Part shown: in pieces, positions 45,196 through 58,106 of the stretch
Position numbering within the stretch: the first letter of the stretch is position 1
How the letters are laid out: each line of letters begins with the position of its first letter
Source of the DNA: the human T2T-CHM13v2.0 reference genome, Homo sapiens
Direction: 5' to 3' (one strand)
Length of the DNA: 64,000 nucleotides
Assembly (NCBI RefSeq): GCF_009914755.1
Contig: NC_060938.1
The notes under the pieces: generated by a model
Told to the model about the DNA's origin: nothing
Databases searched by the model: none
What the model saw: the letters and a program-made list of their open reading frames with translations, nothing else
Translations under genes and position numbers: made by a program

Positions 45196-45372
45196 AAAAA
45201 AGTGGGATTTAATTTTGCATACATTAGATTGGCAAAATAACTAAAAAGTCAAAACATGCCAAAAATCCGCAAGGATGTAAAGCGAAGGGCATTTTTATAC
45301 ATTTATACTACAATCACTCTGAGAAAAACTTGGCATTACCTAGAAATTTAAATATGTATATATCCTACAACA

Positions 45373-45904
45373 GAGGGGTCCTCAACCCCCAGGGGCCACA
45401 GACTGGTACGAGTCTGTGGCCTGTTAGGAACTGGGCCGCACAGCAAGATGTGAGTGGCAAGCAAGCGAGCAAAGCTTCATCTGTATTTAGCCACTCCCCA
45501 TGGCTTGCATTACTGTGTGAGCTGTACCTCCTGTCAGATTAGTGGTTCTATTAGATCCTCATAGAAGCGTGAACACTATGGTGAACTGCACATGTGAGGG
45601 ATCTTGGTTGTGCTCTCCTTATGAGAATCTAATGCCTAATGATCTGTCACTATTTCCCATCGCTCCCAGATGGGACAATCTAGTTGCAGCAAAACAAGCT
45701 CAGGGCTCCCACTGATTCTACATTATGGAGAGTTGTATAATTACTTCATTACCCATTACAATGTAATAATAATAGAAATAAAGTGCACAATAAGTGTAAT
45801 GTGCTTGAATCATCCCAAAACCATCCCCCCGACAACCCCTGGTCTATGGAAAAATTGTCTTACATGAAACCAGTCCCTGGGGCCAAAAAGGTTGGGGACC
45901 ACTG
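45373..45904 (+). mobile_element. MER1A hAT-Charlie element
   Basis: Terminal inverted repeats 'aggggtcctcaacc' / 'ggttggggaccactg'. 8-bp TSD ctacaaca (45365-45372 / 45905-45912). Confidence 0.92.
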
Positions 45905-46344
45905 CTACAACACAGAAATTCCACTTCTAACTCCTCACTGAAGGGAGAAAGGATAATCTCTGCCACAGCTGTAAAACAGGAATCTATACAGCAGTGAAAA
46001 TGAATGAATTAGATTTGTACACAAAAATGTAATTAATCTCTTAAGTATAAAGTTGAGCAAAGAGGGATTCATAGCATAGAGCATTATTCCATCAACATAA
46101 ATTTCAAAAGTATGGAAAACTAAACATTGTATTTCTAGAGATACATACAGATGTGGTAAAACTATTTAAAGAAAGGAAACAAATAATAGATAAAAAATTC
46201 AGTCCAGTGGCTGTCTCTGGGGCAGGGAGAGGGATGAAATTGAAGAGGAGCACCTGGAATTTTTCAGGAGATTATTAATGCTCTATTTATTAAGCAGGAT
46301 GGCATTTTAATGAGTTTTATTTTTGATATATTTAATATTTTACC

Positions 46345-46515
46345 TAAATTTTTATTTTTTATTTTGATTTTTAAATTTCTATATATTCATAGTGTGCAAG
46401 TGCAATTTTGCTACATCAATGTATCACATTGCAGTGAAGGCAGGACCTTCGGTGCATCTATCACTAGAGCGACGCACATTGTACCCACCAAGTGACCACC
46501 CGTCATTCACCCCCT
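46345..46515 (-). mobile_element. Short L1 3' end (L1PB/L1P4-like)
   Basis: Poly(T) followed by 'gtgcaattttgctacatc...cacattgtacccacc'. Confidence 0.6.
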
Positions 46516-46694
46516 TAAAATTTTATTTTAAAACTTTTGCCAAAGAGATGATACACTGTCCAGAAATAGGAAAACTTTGTCATGAATTAGTATAATAAAA
46601 TTGAATCCTAGTTTTTATGCCTTTTATTCATCCTTAAGATAGTACTTGAACTGACAAATACTTCTTAAATTCTTTCAAAATTGTATATTTGAAG

Positions 46695-47200
46695 TTTTGG
46701 CCTAGGCTCTTGGATTACAAGAAACAGAAGTCCCCTCAAGCCAGCTTAAACAAAAGTAGAAATGAATTTTAAGGAATATACTCTACGTCTCACAGACCCC
46801 AAGGATAAGAATGTAGCCAAGCCTGGAATTGGGAATGGAAAGAGGTCATGACAGTTTCTCTGTTTCTGCTTCTTTCCTCAATTGGTCTCATTCCTTCCTC
46901 TTTTCACAGTGGCTTTCCTTGCTATTCCATCCACACTGTAAAACCATACTCCCTGGCAGCTGTGGTTTATTTGTTAGAGTTCCAACATGAGACAGTGATT
47001 AATTAGTTCCAAACCTCAAATTAAAAATTTCAGAAGAGAATCTGATCACCCCAGCTTGAGTTGGGTGTTATATCGGGCCAATTGGCTGTAACAACAGGGT
47101 CTGGTTCACACAGCACAAACATGGCTTCCACAAGCACTGCAGTTTTAGTGAAAGTTCAAGGTAAAGGGAGTTATAGTGAGCTGCAAAGGCTGCTACTACA
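46695..47200 (-). mobile_element. Old MLT1 (J/K/L-like) LTR
   Basis: 'ggattacaagaaacagaagtcccctcaagccagcttaaacaaaag...tctgatcaccccagcttgagttggg'. Confidence 0.55.
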
Positions 47201-47367
47201 ACTGGACAAAATGTAAGGCATAAATGGGGGGATCATCAATGTACACATTTAATCTTCTAAGTATTGCTGCCTTATTTATCAAGCAATCTTATTGGCATTT
47301 ATAAAATCTGTTCCAAAACAGTCTTCCATGTCTAGAGTAGTCATCACAGACTTTGAAAAATCTCTTT

Positions 47368-47628
47368 GGGTAAGCACAGTGGCTCATGCCTGTAATCCCA
47401 GTGTTTTGGAAGGCTGAGGTGGGAGGACTATTTGAAGCCAGGAGTTCGAGACCAGCCTGGGTAGTATAGCAAAACCCTGTTTCTATGAAAAAATTAAAAA
47501 TTAGCCTGGGTGTCATGGCATGAGTCTATTAGAGTCCAGGAGCTTGAGGTTAAAGTGAGCTATGTTCATACCATTGCACTCTGGGCTGGGAAGAAGAGCA
47601 AGAAATGGTCTCTAAAACAAAAGAAAAA
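47368..47628 (+). mobile_element. AluJ with an internal right-arm deletion
   Basis: J-type text 'gggaggactatttgaagccaggagttcgag'; lacks the 'tcccagctact..gaggc' block. TSD gaaaaatctcttt (47355-47367) / gaaaaatcacttt (47629-47641). Confidence 0.88.
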
Positions 47629-48244
47629 GAAAAATCACTTTAATAAAGATGCAGGATTTCATTACAGGTATTTTGAAAATTTACTTCCGATAAAAACGTA
47701 AACCTATAGGTTCAATAATACTATGGAAATCTCCTTTCTTCACCCTCAATCCATATTTTGAATGAAAACTACCATCCTCCTACAAGAATTTACATCCTTG
47801 GCCATAGTGTTCGGTCCACAGATAGTCATATGACCCAAGCCAGGCTATAAAGAGCCTTTTCATGAGATTTTTTTCAAATCAGAGCTGGGAATAAAGAGTT
47901 CTTTCCTTTCTAGTCACAGAACTGTTAGCGAGTGAATCCGAGCTGTGCCATATGTGATGTGATATAATATTTGAAGTTTGACTATGATATGTTAAAAATA
48001 CACATTATAATTATTAGAGTGATCACTAAAATGACAAAACAAAGAGGTATGGCTAATAATCTTTTAGTGGACTAATAAGCCAATAGTGAACATAAAAATG
48101 GAACACTAGCAAACACTCACTTAATCCAAAAGCAGGGAGAAAAGAGAAAGAGGGAACAAAACCCACAAGACTAAAATAAGACAAATAGCTGGATGACAGA
48201 TTTGAATCCAATCATATTAGTATTTATATTAAATGTAGATGGTC

Positions 48245-48371
48245 CCTCCAGAATGAAACTATGATGATGGTTGAACAATCCTGTGAATATACTAGAACAC
48301 ATTACGTTGTACACTTTAAATGGGTTAACTAGAATGGGTATGCCAACCATATCTAAATAAAGCTGTTTTTA
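48245..48371 (+). mobile_element. 127-bp L1MB/MC extreme 3' end
   Basis: 'gatggttgaacaatcctgtgaatatact...gtacactttaaatggg...aataaagctgttttt'. TSD aaatgtagatggtc (48231-48244) / aaatgtaaatggtc (48372-48385). Confidence 0.75.
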
Positions 48372-48834
48372 AAATGTAAATGGTCTAAACAAACACCCTC
48401 ATACAAAAGGGAGCAATAAAGGAGCAATGGCCAACCTAATTTTTAAAAGCACGTACAACATCCTGTCTATAAGAAATCTACTCTAAAAATAAAGGTACAG
48501 GTAGGACAAGAGTAATAGGTTTTAAAAAGGTATACCAGAAGAACACTACAGCAGCTTTATTAACATCACATGAAATATTACTCAGAACAAGTAATTTTAC
48601 CAGGAATAAAGGGCATTCAATTATAATGAAAGAATCAATTCATTAAGATGACCTAACAATTCTAAATGTGTATCCTCCTAATAATAGAGCTTCAAAATAC
48701 ATTAAGCAAAAACTGGCAGAACTGCAAAAAGAAATAGAAAAATTCATAATTATACTTGAAAATTGTAATACCCTTCTCTTAATAATTGATAGAACAAGAA
48801 GACATAAAGTCTATAATAAATGTAGAAAACTTGA

Positions 48835-51800
48835 GCAGGGAAGGGGAGGAAGATGGCAGATAGGAGGCAGGGCTAACTTGCAGCTCTTGCTTGGACAGAC
48901 AGAACAGCGTATGGAGACTCACAGGTGAATGTTTTCTCCAAGAACCAGTGTGGAAACATACCAGGACAGCCAAAAGAATTCACACATCCTTTGAAAGAAG
49001 CAGCATGCCACTGCAAATTCTGCAAGATGTGAAAAACTGTGAGTTCCCAAAGTGTGAGGGGAAAAATCTGCCTCTGAACACACATCCCCACTGGGGACTC
49101 TGAAAAGCCCGGTCACAGAAGAAGGATTTAACCTTATCTAGAGCTGAAACAGTTTTAGGGAGCCAACAAAACATAAAAGTAGAAGCACCAGTGGGAAGAG
49201 CCTTGTAGGCACTCCCAGTCCCCAGCTCGAGCCCAGGGAAGCCATCCCTGACTATATCTAACAGGGGCCCTCAGGGAAGGCAGCAAGTGGAATTAGGGAG
49301 GGGTCATGGGATGAAAGAAGCTTCCAGCTGAATTTTGTAATAATTTCAACTGGGAACAAATTTTCTTGAGCAGAATCCAGGGAACGAACAGGAACTGCTG
49401 CAGATACAAGCACAGGAGCTGCCACCAACATTGGGCAGACAGGGAGGGGCAAGGCCTGAAAACAGTGCTTGCTTTCTCGGTGGGGAAGCTTTAGGCCTGG
49501 GGCAAGGTCTGAGTTCCATGTGCAGACTGACTGGATCTAAACTTGGTGCTATTAGTAGGTCACTGTGGGAATAAGACTGGCCTTGCCAACTGCGTGGGAA
49601 CTGGGTGAGGCCTTTCACTACCAGCTATCCCCCTCTTCCCTGGCAAACTATATGGCACAGCAGAGGCAGCCATAATCCTTTCTGGAACATAACCCTATTG
49701 GCCTGAGAACCATCCTCCCATCTCTCACAGTGACTGTGGCAAATCCTGCCCAAGGAGGGTCTGAGCTCAGGCCCGTCTAAACCTTCCCCTACCTGGTGGC
49801 ATTTCTCTACCTGCCCTGGTAGCTGAACACAAAAGACATAAGCTCTTTGGAGCATTATGGCCCTGTTCATCACCAGAGAAACCAGAATACCTACTTGGCC
49901 AACTTAGGGCAAACTTATATCCCCCTTCAACTACTGCAGATGGTGTTCTCTTGAAAGCATCACCTCTTGGCAGAAGGCCAACCAATTGAGGCCATTACAG
50001 CAATGCATGACAGAATAACCCTGCTCCCAGAAGGGAGAAAACAACAGCTAATACCACTGCCTGGCATATCTTGGCTACCCAGAGGTCCTTAGTCTGCCCA
50101 CATGACAACTTCACTGCTAGTATAACCAGCATTCGAGAAAGCCAGAACACTGAACAAAACCACAATGAGGAACTCTCAGAGAGTCTACTTCATTCCCCTG
50201 CCAACTCCACCAAACCAAGTGCTGGTATCCACAGGTGGGAAACCTGAAGACAAATCATATCACAGGACTCTTTTCAGACATTCCCCAGCACCAGTCCAGA
50301 GCCTGGGAGCTCCGCTGGATGGCTAGACCCAGAAGAGCAATAACAATCACTGCAGTCTGGCTCTCAGGAAGCCCCATCCCTAGGGGAAAGGGGAGGGAAC
50401 CCCATCAAGGGATCACGTCATGGGACAAAAGAATCTGAACAGCAGTTGTTGAGTTCCAGATCTTTCCACTGAAATAGTCTACCCAAATGAGAAGGAACCA
50501 GAAAAGCAATTCTGGTAACAGGGTTCTATAACACCTCCAAAAGATCACACTAGCTCCCCAGCAATGGATCCAAACGAAGAAGAAAGCTCTGAATTGCCAG
50601 ATAAAGAATTTAGAAGGTTGATTATTAAGCTACTCAAGGAGATACCAGAGAAAGGTGAAACATAACTTAAAGAAATTAAAAAAAAACAGGATATGGATGA
50701 AAAATTCTCCAGAGAAATAGATACAATAAAGAAAAAATAATCATGACTTTGGGAAATCAAAGACACACTTAGAGAAATACAAAATGCTCTGGAAAGTTTT
50801 AACAATAGACTAGAATAAGTAGAAGAAAGAACTTCAGAGCTTGAAGACCTGGCTTTCAAATTAACCCAATCAGACAAAGACAAAAAAAAAATCTAAAAAA
50901 ATGAACAAAGCCTCCAAGAAATTTAGGATTCTATTAAATGGCCAAACCTAAGAATAACTGGTGTTCCTGAGGAAGAAGGGAAATCTAAAAGTTTGAAAAA
51001 CTTATTTGAAGGAATAATTGAGGAAATTTTCCTTGCCCTGGCTAGAGATTTGGACATCCAAATACAAGAAGCTCAAATACCACCTGGGAAATTCACAAAA
51101 AGATCATCACCTAGGCACTTAGTCACCAGGTTATCTAAAGTCAAGCTGAAGGAAAGAATCTTAAGAGCTGTGAGACAAAAGCAAGTGGTAACCTATAAAG
51201 GAAAACTTATCAGATTAACAACAGATTTCTCAGCAGAAACCCTACAAAACAGAAAGGATTTGGGTCCTATCTTTAGCCTCCTTAAACAAAATGATAGTGG
51301 GCCAAGAATTTTGCATCCAGGAAAACTAAGATTCATAAATGAAGGAGATAAAGTCTTTTTCAGACAAGCAAATGCTGAGAGAATTCATCACTACCAAGCC
51401 AGCACTACAAGAAATGCTAAAAGGAGTTCTAAATCTTGAAACAAAACCTTGAAATACACCAAAATAGAACCTCCTTAACGCATAAACCTCACAGGGCCTA
51501 TAAAACAATAACACAATGAAAAAAAGAAAGAACAAGGTATTTAGGCAACAACTAGTATGATGAATAGAACTGTATCCCACATCTCAATACCCACTTTGAA
51601 TGTAAATGGCCTAAATGCTCCACTTAAAAGGTACAGAATGGCAGAATGGATAAAAATCCACCAACCAAGCATCTGCTGGATTCAAGAGACTCTCCTACCA
51701 CATAAAGACTCACATAAACTCAAGGTAAAGGGGTGGAAAAAGATATTCTACATAAATGGAAACCAAAAGCAAGCAGGAGTAGCTATTCTTATATCAGACA

Positions 51801-52915
51801 AAACAGACTTTAAAGCAACAGCAGTTAAAAAAGACAAAGAGGGGCATTATGTAATGATAAAAGGATCAGTCCAACAGGAATATCACAATCCTAAATATAA
51901 ATGCACCTAACACTGGAGCTCCCAGATTTATAAAACAATTATTACTAGATCTAAGAAATGAGATAGATGGCAACACAATAATAGTGGGGAACTTCAATAC
52001 TCCAGTGACAGCACTAGAGAGGTCATCAAAACAGAAAGTCAACAAAGAAACAATGGACTTAAACTGTACCCTAGAACAAATGGGGCCTTAACAGATGTTT
52101 ACAGAACATTCTACCCAACAAATGCAGAATATATATTCTAATCATCAGTGCATGGAACATTCTCCAAGATAGACCATATGATAGGCCATAAAACAAGTCT
52201 CAATAAATTTAAGAAAATCAAAATTATATCAAGTATCCTCTCAGACCACAGTGGAATAAAACTGGAAACTAACTCCAAAAGAAACTCTCAAAACTATACA
52301 AATACATGGAAATTAAATAACCTGCTCTTGAATGATATTTGGGTCAACAATGAAATCAAGATGGAAATTTAAAAATTCTTTGAACTGAACAATAATAGTG
52401 ACACAACTTATCAAAACCTCTGGGATACAGCAAAAGTACTGCTAAGAGGAAAGTTCATAGCATTACATGCCTATATCAAAAAGTCTGAAAGAGCACAAAT
52501 AAACAATCTAAGGTCACACCTCAAGGAGCTAGAGAAACAAGAACAATCCAAACCCAAACTCAACATATACACTATGGAATACTACTCAGCCATAAAAGAA
52601 ATGAAATAATGGCATTCACAGCAACCTGGATGGAATTGGAGACCATTATTCTAAGTGAAGTAACTCAGGAATGAAAAACCAAATATCATATGTTTTCACT
52701 TATAAGTGGGAGCTAAGCTATAAGGGCGCAAAGGCATAAGAATGATACAATAAACTTTGGAGACTTGAGGGTAAGGGTGGGAGGGGGTTGTGGGATAAAA
52801 GACTACACATTGGGTACAGTGCACTCTGCTTGGGTGACGGGTGTGCCAAATTCTCAGAAATCACTACTAAATAGTTTACCCACCTGTTCCCCAAAAACTA
52901 TTGAAATTTTTTTTC
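48835..52915 (+). mobile_element. L1PB (L1PBa-type 5'UTR), 5'-complete, with a ~2.7-kb internal ORF2 deletion
   Basis: 5' 'ggaagatggcagataggaggcagggctaacttgcagc'; ORF1 ~50487-51467; ORF2 from 51557; L1PB 3'UTR 'aaggcataagaatgatacaat..gactacacattgggtacagtg'. Probable TSD aaaa(c)ttga (48826-48834 / 52916-52923). Confidence 0.9.
51557..52716 (+). pseudogene. L1PB ORF2 remnant: endonuclease joined directly to the C-terminal tail
   Basis: MMNRTVSHISIPTLNVNGLNAPLKR...SDHSGIKLE..., then [12 protein letters not shown]|[11 protein letters not shown]; frameshifts and stops elsewhere. Confidence 0.85.
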
Positions 52916-55242
52916 AAAATTGAAAGACATCACTAAGCAATTAGACTTAGTTGACATTTTTAGAACACTTCACCTAAATATAACAAAATACACATTCTTT
53001 TCAAGTGCACGTGGGACATTTACCAAGATAAATCATAAGCTGTGCCATAAAACAAATCTTGATAAATTTACAAGACATGAAATTATACAATATGTTCTCT
53101 GATGATCATAAAGTAATTATATTAGAAATCAATAATAAAAATCTAGAAAATTCCCCCAAATATTTAGATATTAAACAACACACTTCTAAATAACTCATGG
53201 AGCAAAGAAAAATTACAAGAGAATTTGGGAAATATTTTGAACTGAATAGAAAGGAAAACATGATATCTCAAAATTTATGGGATGAACCTAAAGTATGCTT
53301 AGAGGGAAATTTATAACTTTAAATGCTTATGTTAGAAAAGAAAAAAAAAATCTATAATTAATCATCTAAAGTTTCATTTCGAAAAGATGGAAAATGAAAA
53401 GCAAATTAAACAATAGTAAATATAATAAATAATATAATAAAGATAAATGTGGATATCAATGTAATAGAAAACCAAAAATTAGGAAAATCAGCAAAGTCAA
53501 ATTGTTCTCTGACAAAAATTAATGAAATTGATAAAATGCTGAGAAGCCTGATTAAGACAAAAAAGAGATAAAACAAAATTACCAATAGCTGAAAGGTAAA
53601 TGGAGATATCATTGGAGATTCTACAGATAGTAAGAGAATAAAAAGAGTATATTATAATCAACTTCATGCAAATAAGTTCTAAATTTCTTAGATAACAAGG
53701 AACTTACCCAAATTATTAAATAAAAATAGACTTATTCCTCAAAAGATAAACTTACCAAAAGTGAAACCAAAATAAATAGAGTATTTAAGTAGTCCTATAT
53801 GTGTTACAAAAATTGAGTTTGTAAATATAAATCTCCCCACAGAGAAAACACTGGGCCCAGATAGCTTCACTGATGAATTCTACCAAACATTTAAGGAAGA
53901 AATAATATCAATTCTACACACTTTCAAAATATGGAGGACAAATATATGAGGCCCCATGACCCTGATACTAAAACCTCACAAGGATATAGCACAAAAAAGG
54001 AAATAAAATTTATTGACCAATATCCAACATTTTTATGAATATAGATACAAAATATTAGTAAGGTGGTGAAAATGTTGAGTAACTGAAACTCTATTACCTT
54101 GCTAGTGACAGTATAAAGTGATATAACTACTCTGGAGAACGCTTTGACAGTTTCTTTTAAAGTTAAGCATAGGTTTAACCTATGATACAGTAATTACATT
54201 CCTAGTTATATACTCTAGATAAATGAAACTACATGCCCACAAAAATATTTGTGCAAAAATCCTTATAGCACTCATATTTATAATAGCCCCAAAGTAGAAA
54301 CAGCCCAAATGTTCACGAATAGGATAATGGATGAGCAAGTTGTATATTTATATTATAAACTGTAGATGTTAATTTAAAAAACACTACTCATACACATGAA
54401 AGCATGGATGGATCTCAGAATCATTATGCTGAACGGAAGAACCCAGACACAAAAGAGAATATACTTCAGGATTTCATTTAAATTAAATTCAAGAACATTA
54501 TCTATGATAATGGAAGTCAGAACAGTGGTTATATCTGGGGTGGAGGGAACTGGAGACATAAGGAAACCTGAGCTGTCAGAAATGCTTTATATCTTGATTA
54601 AGATGTTTATTGCATGGATGTAAATATGTCTCAAAACTCTCACAGAACTATACACTTAAAATCTGTGCATTGATTGTATATAAATTATACTTCATTGAAA
54701 CATGACATTAAGAAAAGAGCAAAAAACACAAGGGACTTCCACTAATTAACAGTCCCTTCATTCTCCTCTCTTGACACAGTTTTCATTAGAGAGCAAATCT
54801 ATTCACAGCCTCTACTGCCACATCTATTCCCAAATGGACTTCCCTGAACATCATTCTTTATCTGCCAAGTACGCCAACATTTTCCCTTTCTCTCAGGCTT
54901 GAAACATTATACTCAAACATCTGCAGACATAGAGATTGAGTGAAAAAAGACAGTCACAACTCTTTCAAATCCTCCCTTTTCCAATGTTCTTAGCATTTAA
55001 CTTCTTTCCTTTCTCCTGTCATCTTTCTTACTCAAGTCTACTTGCCTCAAACTTGGTTCATTATAAGAATTCCCTGACTCAATCTCTTTCATTCTAATCT
55101 GTCTCACAAATCCACTGCTATCAGATTAATTTTCCTGGTATAATTTTTTAACTGTGTTATCTGCCTACTCAAAATCTTCAGTAGGTGCCCATTCCTTAGA
55201 ATGGAACTCAAGACTTTCATAATTTGGCCAACTCAGCTCTAT

Positions 55243-55422
55243 CCACTGATGTGCTGATCGATGCTAAACAACTGGGAAAGGGGCCTATTTCTCTGGTGTG
55301 CATGCACCCACCATTACTAATTTTGAGCTACCAACGGCTTAACAACTGACTCACAAAACTCTTAGAAATTTAACAATCAGCTCTCCCATGAGCCAGTATG
55401 ACTTGACTCCAGCATTCCATTG
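55243..55422 (-). mobile_element. MER63-like hAT-Blackjack MITE
   Basis: 'ttaacaactgactcacaaaactcttagaaatttaacaatcagctctcccatgagccagtatga..ctccagcattccattg'. Confidence 0.7.
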
Positions 55423-55496
55423 TCTCTACCTGTTGGAATCGCAATAATATCTTCTTTTCTAGCTAAGCTGTTCTGCTGATTACCCTGACAAGTTCA

Positions 55497-55592
55497 CAAA
55501 TATTGCATAAAACATACTCACACTAAAACAAAATTTATTGTTTATCTAAAGTTAAATTTAATAAAGTGTCCTATATTTTATCTGGCAATTCT
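55497..55592. mobile_element. MER53 half element
   Basis: 'caaatattgcataaaacatactcacactaaa..ttgtttatctaaagttaaatttaa..tcctatatttttatctggcaattcta'. Confidence 0.7.
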
Positions 55593-55904
55593 AACCTGAA
55601 TTGTCTTTTCCCCTCCCATAGTTTAAATATTTTCCCACTTGTCCCTAGAGTCACTCACACCCTTTATAGCATTCCTTAGCACATTAAAAAATACCACTAT
55701 TAAACTATCCAAGCTATATAAGAACTACAACGTATAAACACCCCCAAGAAAATGGAAATTATGGTCTTTTTGGAGTTATGTTATAAAGTGAAATGATGAT
55801 GGATCCAATCCAATGATGGATTCCTACAAAGTTATAAAAAATCAAATTAAAGAAAGAGACTTAGGACTATGCATTATCAAACAGACATCAACTCTTTTTA
55901 TGGT

Positions 55905-56850
55905 CTATAAAGATATCTATTTCAATAATCCATAATTTCAGTGCAACTCAATAAAATTCCCTTAAAGATTTTCATAAAACTTAACAAACTTATTCTAAAA
56001 TTTACACAAAAGAATCAAATTGCAGAAACTAATCAATTTAATACCATTAACATGAAAAACAATATGGGTTGGGGGGCAGATAATACAAGGAAGAAAACAG
56101 TATTTTTTCCTTCACCTTCCTTAGGCTTATGGCTGAGGCTCCTATAACAAAGGATAAATTAACAAGAAAAGCATATAAATTTATTTAATAAGTTTTATGT
56201 GACATAGAAGCCTTCACAAGAAAATGAACACCTGAAGAAATGGATAAATCTGTATATCTTTAAGCTAGGTTTGATGAAGAGCGGGAAAAATGTGGAGAAA
56301 AATGGTAGGGCAAAAAGGGTATCAGCTAATGGTAATGAACTGGGGGGAAGTTTGCAAGGCCTATTTCTTCAGATTCTTGTCTGTGAACCCTAAACAACCA
56401 AATCTCATGTGAACACAGAACAAGAACTCACTCATTATCTTGAATACAGCAGCAAGTCACTCAGGAGGGATCTTTAGAGATAAGGATACTTTTTTCCTCC
56501 AAGTCTGAAGAGGGTGCCTCTCAATGAGGGTCTTAGGACCTGCCGCAGGGGAAGGTCAGATGATCCTTCCCAGATTTTATGACCTGCTTTGGGGAAGAAG
56601 GGCTGGGAAAGGTGAGCATGACCTTCCTGTTTCAGTCATTTTCTCAAGTTATTTCAGCTTAAAATATTCTAGGGTATTGTTTTCCTGAATCCCATCAGAA
56701 GATTTTCTTTATAAAATATCAAGATTTATTATAAACTTCTTGGAACTAAAAAAAAGTGTTATGTATTTATTAAAATAGTTATAGACAAATAGGCCAATGG
56801 GACAAGATGCATAGCCCAGACACAGACCCACATTTACATAGAAACTTAAT
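55905..56850 (+). mobile_element. Old L1M ORF2 fragment split by an ERV1 LTR
   Basis: 'FIKLNKLILKFTQK' (55941) continues after 56700 as 'gacaaataggccaatgggacaag..agcccagacacagaccc'. Confidence 0.6.
56068..56697 (-). mobile_element. ERV1 solo LTR (MER67/MER31 group)
   Basis: 'ctataacaaaggataaattaacaagaaaagc..tttatt', repeated 'gacctgc..ggggaag' blocks, and end '...ctgaatcccatca'. Confidence 0.6.
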
Positions 56851-56854
56851 ACCC

Positions 56855-56990
56855 ACAGGTCTTACCTAGAGATCTGATTAAAATGCAGACGCTGATTCAT
56901 TAGGTCTGGGATAAGTCTAGGATTCTGCATTTCTAACAAGCCTTCAGGTGATGCTGATGCCCTGGTCGGTCACCCACACTTAGAGAGCTA
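56855..56990. mobile_element. MER5A MITE
   Basis: 'ttaaaatgcagacgctgattcattaggtctggg..ctgcatttctaacaagccttcaggtgatgctgatg'. Confidence 0.75.
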
Positions 56991-57615
56991 GGTTAATCTG
57001 GGATATTAACCATGGTGAGGAGACATAAATAAATAAGGAAGTTCTAAGTAGGCCAATGAGAATTTTATCAGCAAAGGGAAATGTTTCTCCTCACTGAGTT
57101 TCTTGGCTCATGAAATAGGAACTTCTACCAGTCATTCTGCCCTCTCAAAGAAATAAAGGGTGATTCTTCCATGCTCTACACCCCTTACCCAACTCTTTCC
57201 ATAGGACACAAAAGTGATTTCCATATATCCTCTGAAAGCTAGGCAGAGGCTCCCAAACCTCAACTCTTACCCTCTGTGTACCTGCAGCCCCAACACCATG
57301 TGGGGCTTCCACCCTGTGAAGCAACAGACCAAGCTGTACCTAGGCCACTTTTAGCCACAGCTGGAGCTGGAGTGGCTAGGATACAGAGTGCCATGTCCTG
57401 AGGCTGCAAAGATCAGCGGGGGCCCTGCACCTGGTGCACAAAACTATGTTTCCCTCTTAGGCCTCCAGGCCTGTGATGGAAGGGGCTGCTGTGAAGGTCT
57501 CTGAAATGCCCTGCAGGCATTTCCCCACTGTCTCGGTTATTAACATTTGGCTCCTCTGTACTTATGCAAATTTCCGCAGCCTTGAATTCCTCTTAAGAAA
57601 ATGTATTTTTCGGTA

Positions 57616-57916
57616 GGCCGGGCACGGTGGCTCATGCCTGTAATAATCCCAGCACTTAGGGAGGCTGAGACGGGTGGATCACGAGGTCAGGAGATCGAGA
57701 CCATCGTGGCTAACATGGTGAAACCCCGTCTCTACTAAAAATACAAAAATTTAGTTGGGCGTGGTGGCGGGCGCCTGTAGTCCCAGCTACTCGGGAGGCT
57801 GAGGCAGGAGAATGGCATGAACCTGGGAGGCGGAGCTTGCAGTGAGCCGAGATCGGCCACTGCACTCCAGCCTGGGTGACAGAGAGAGACTCTGTCTCAA
57901 ACAAAAAAAAAAAAAA
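57616..57916 (+). mobile_element. AluY
   Basis: Y diagnostics 'gagatcgagaccatc..ggctaac' and 'aatggcatgaacc..gcggagcttgc'. TSD aagaaaatgt(a/g)tttttc (57595-57611 / 57917-57933). Confidence 0.95.
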
Positions 57917-58106
57917 AAGAAAATGTGTTTTTCTTTTCTACCACGTGGTCAGGCTGAAAATTTTGCAAGCTTTTATGCTCTGCTTCCCTTTTAAATATAA
58001 GTTCCAGTTTCAGATCCTCTCTTTGTGCACATATATGAGCATATGCTGTTAGAAGCAGCCAGGCCACATCTTGAATGCTTTGCTGCTTAGAAATGTCTTC
58101 CACCAG

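Larger units (their letters stand above)
40560..46330 (+). mobile_element. Ancient L1M (L1ME-like), fragmented by MER2B, MER20, MST, an ERVL LTR, L2 and MER1A
   Basis: ORF1-like 'gactttcccagaattgttgaaagatacc'; ORF2-like 'caatagatgcagaaaaattatttaataaaattt' and 'gaccaatggaacagattagagaatccagaaatag'; 3'UTR at ~45950-46330. Confidence 0.75.
47960..54700 (+). mobile_element. Old L1M host element (47960-48834 and 52916-54700), split by L1PB
   Basis: EN-like 'MYPPNNRASKYIKQKLAELQKEI' (48668) resumes as 'KQLDLVDIFRTLH..TFTKINH' (52920); 3'UTR extends to ~54700. Confidence 0.82.
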
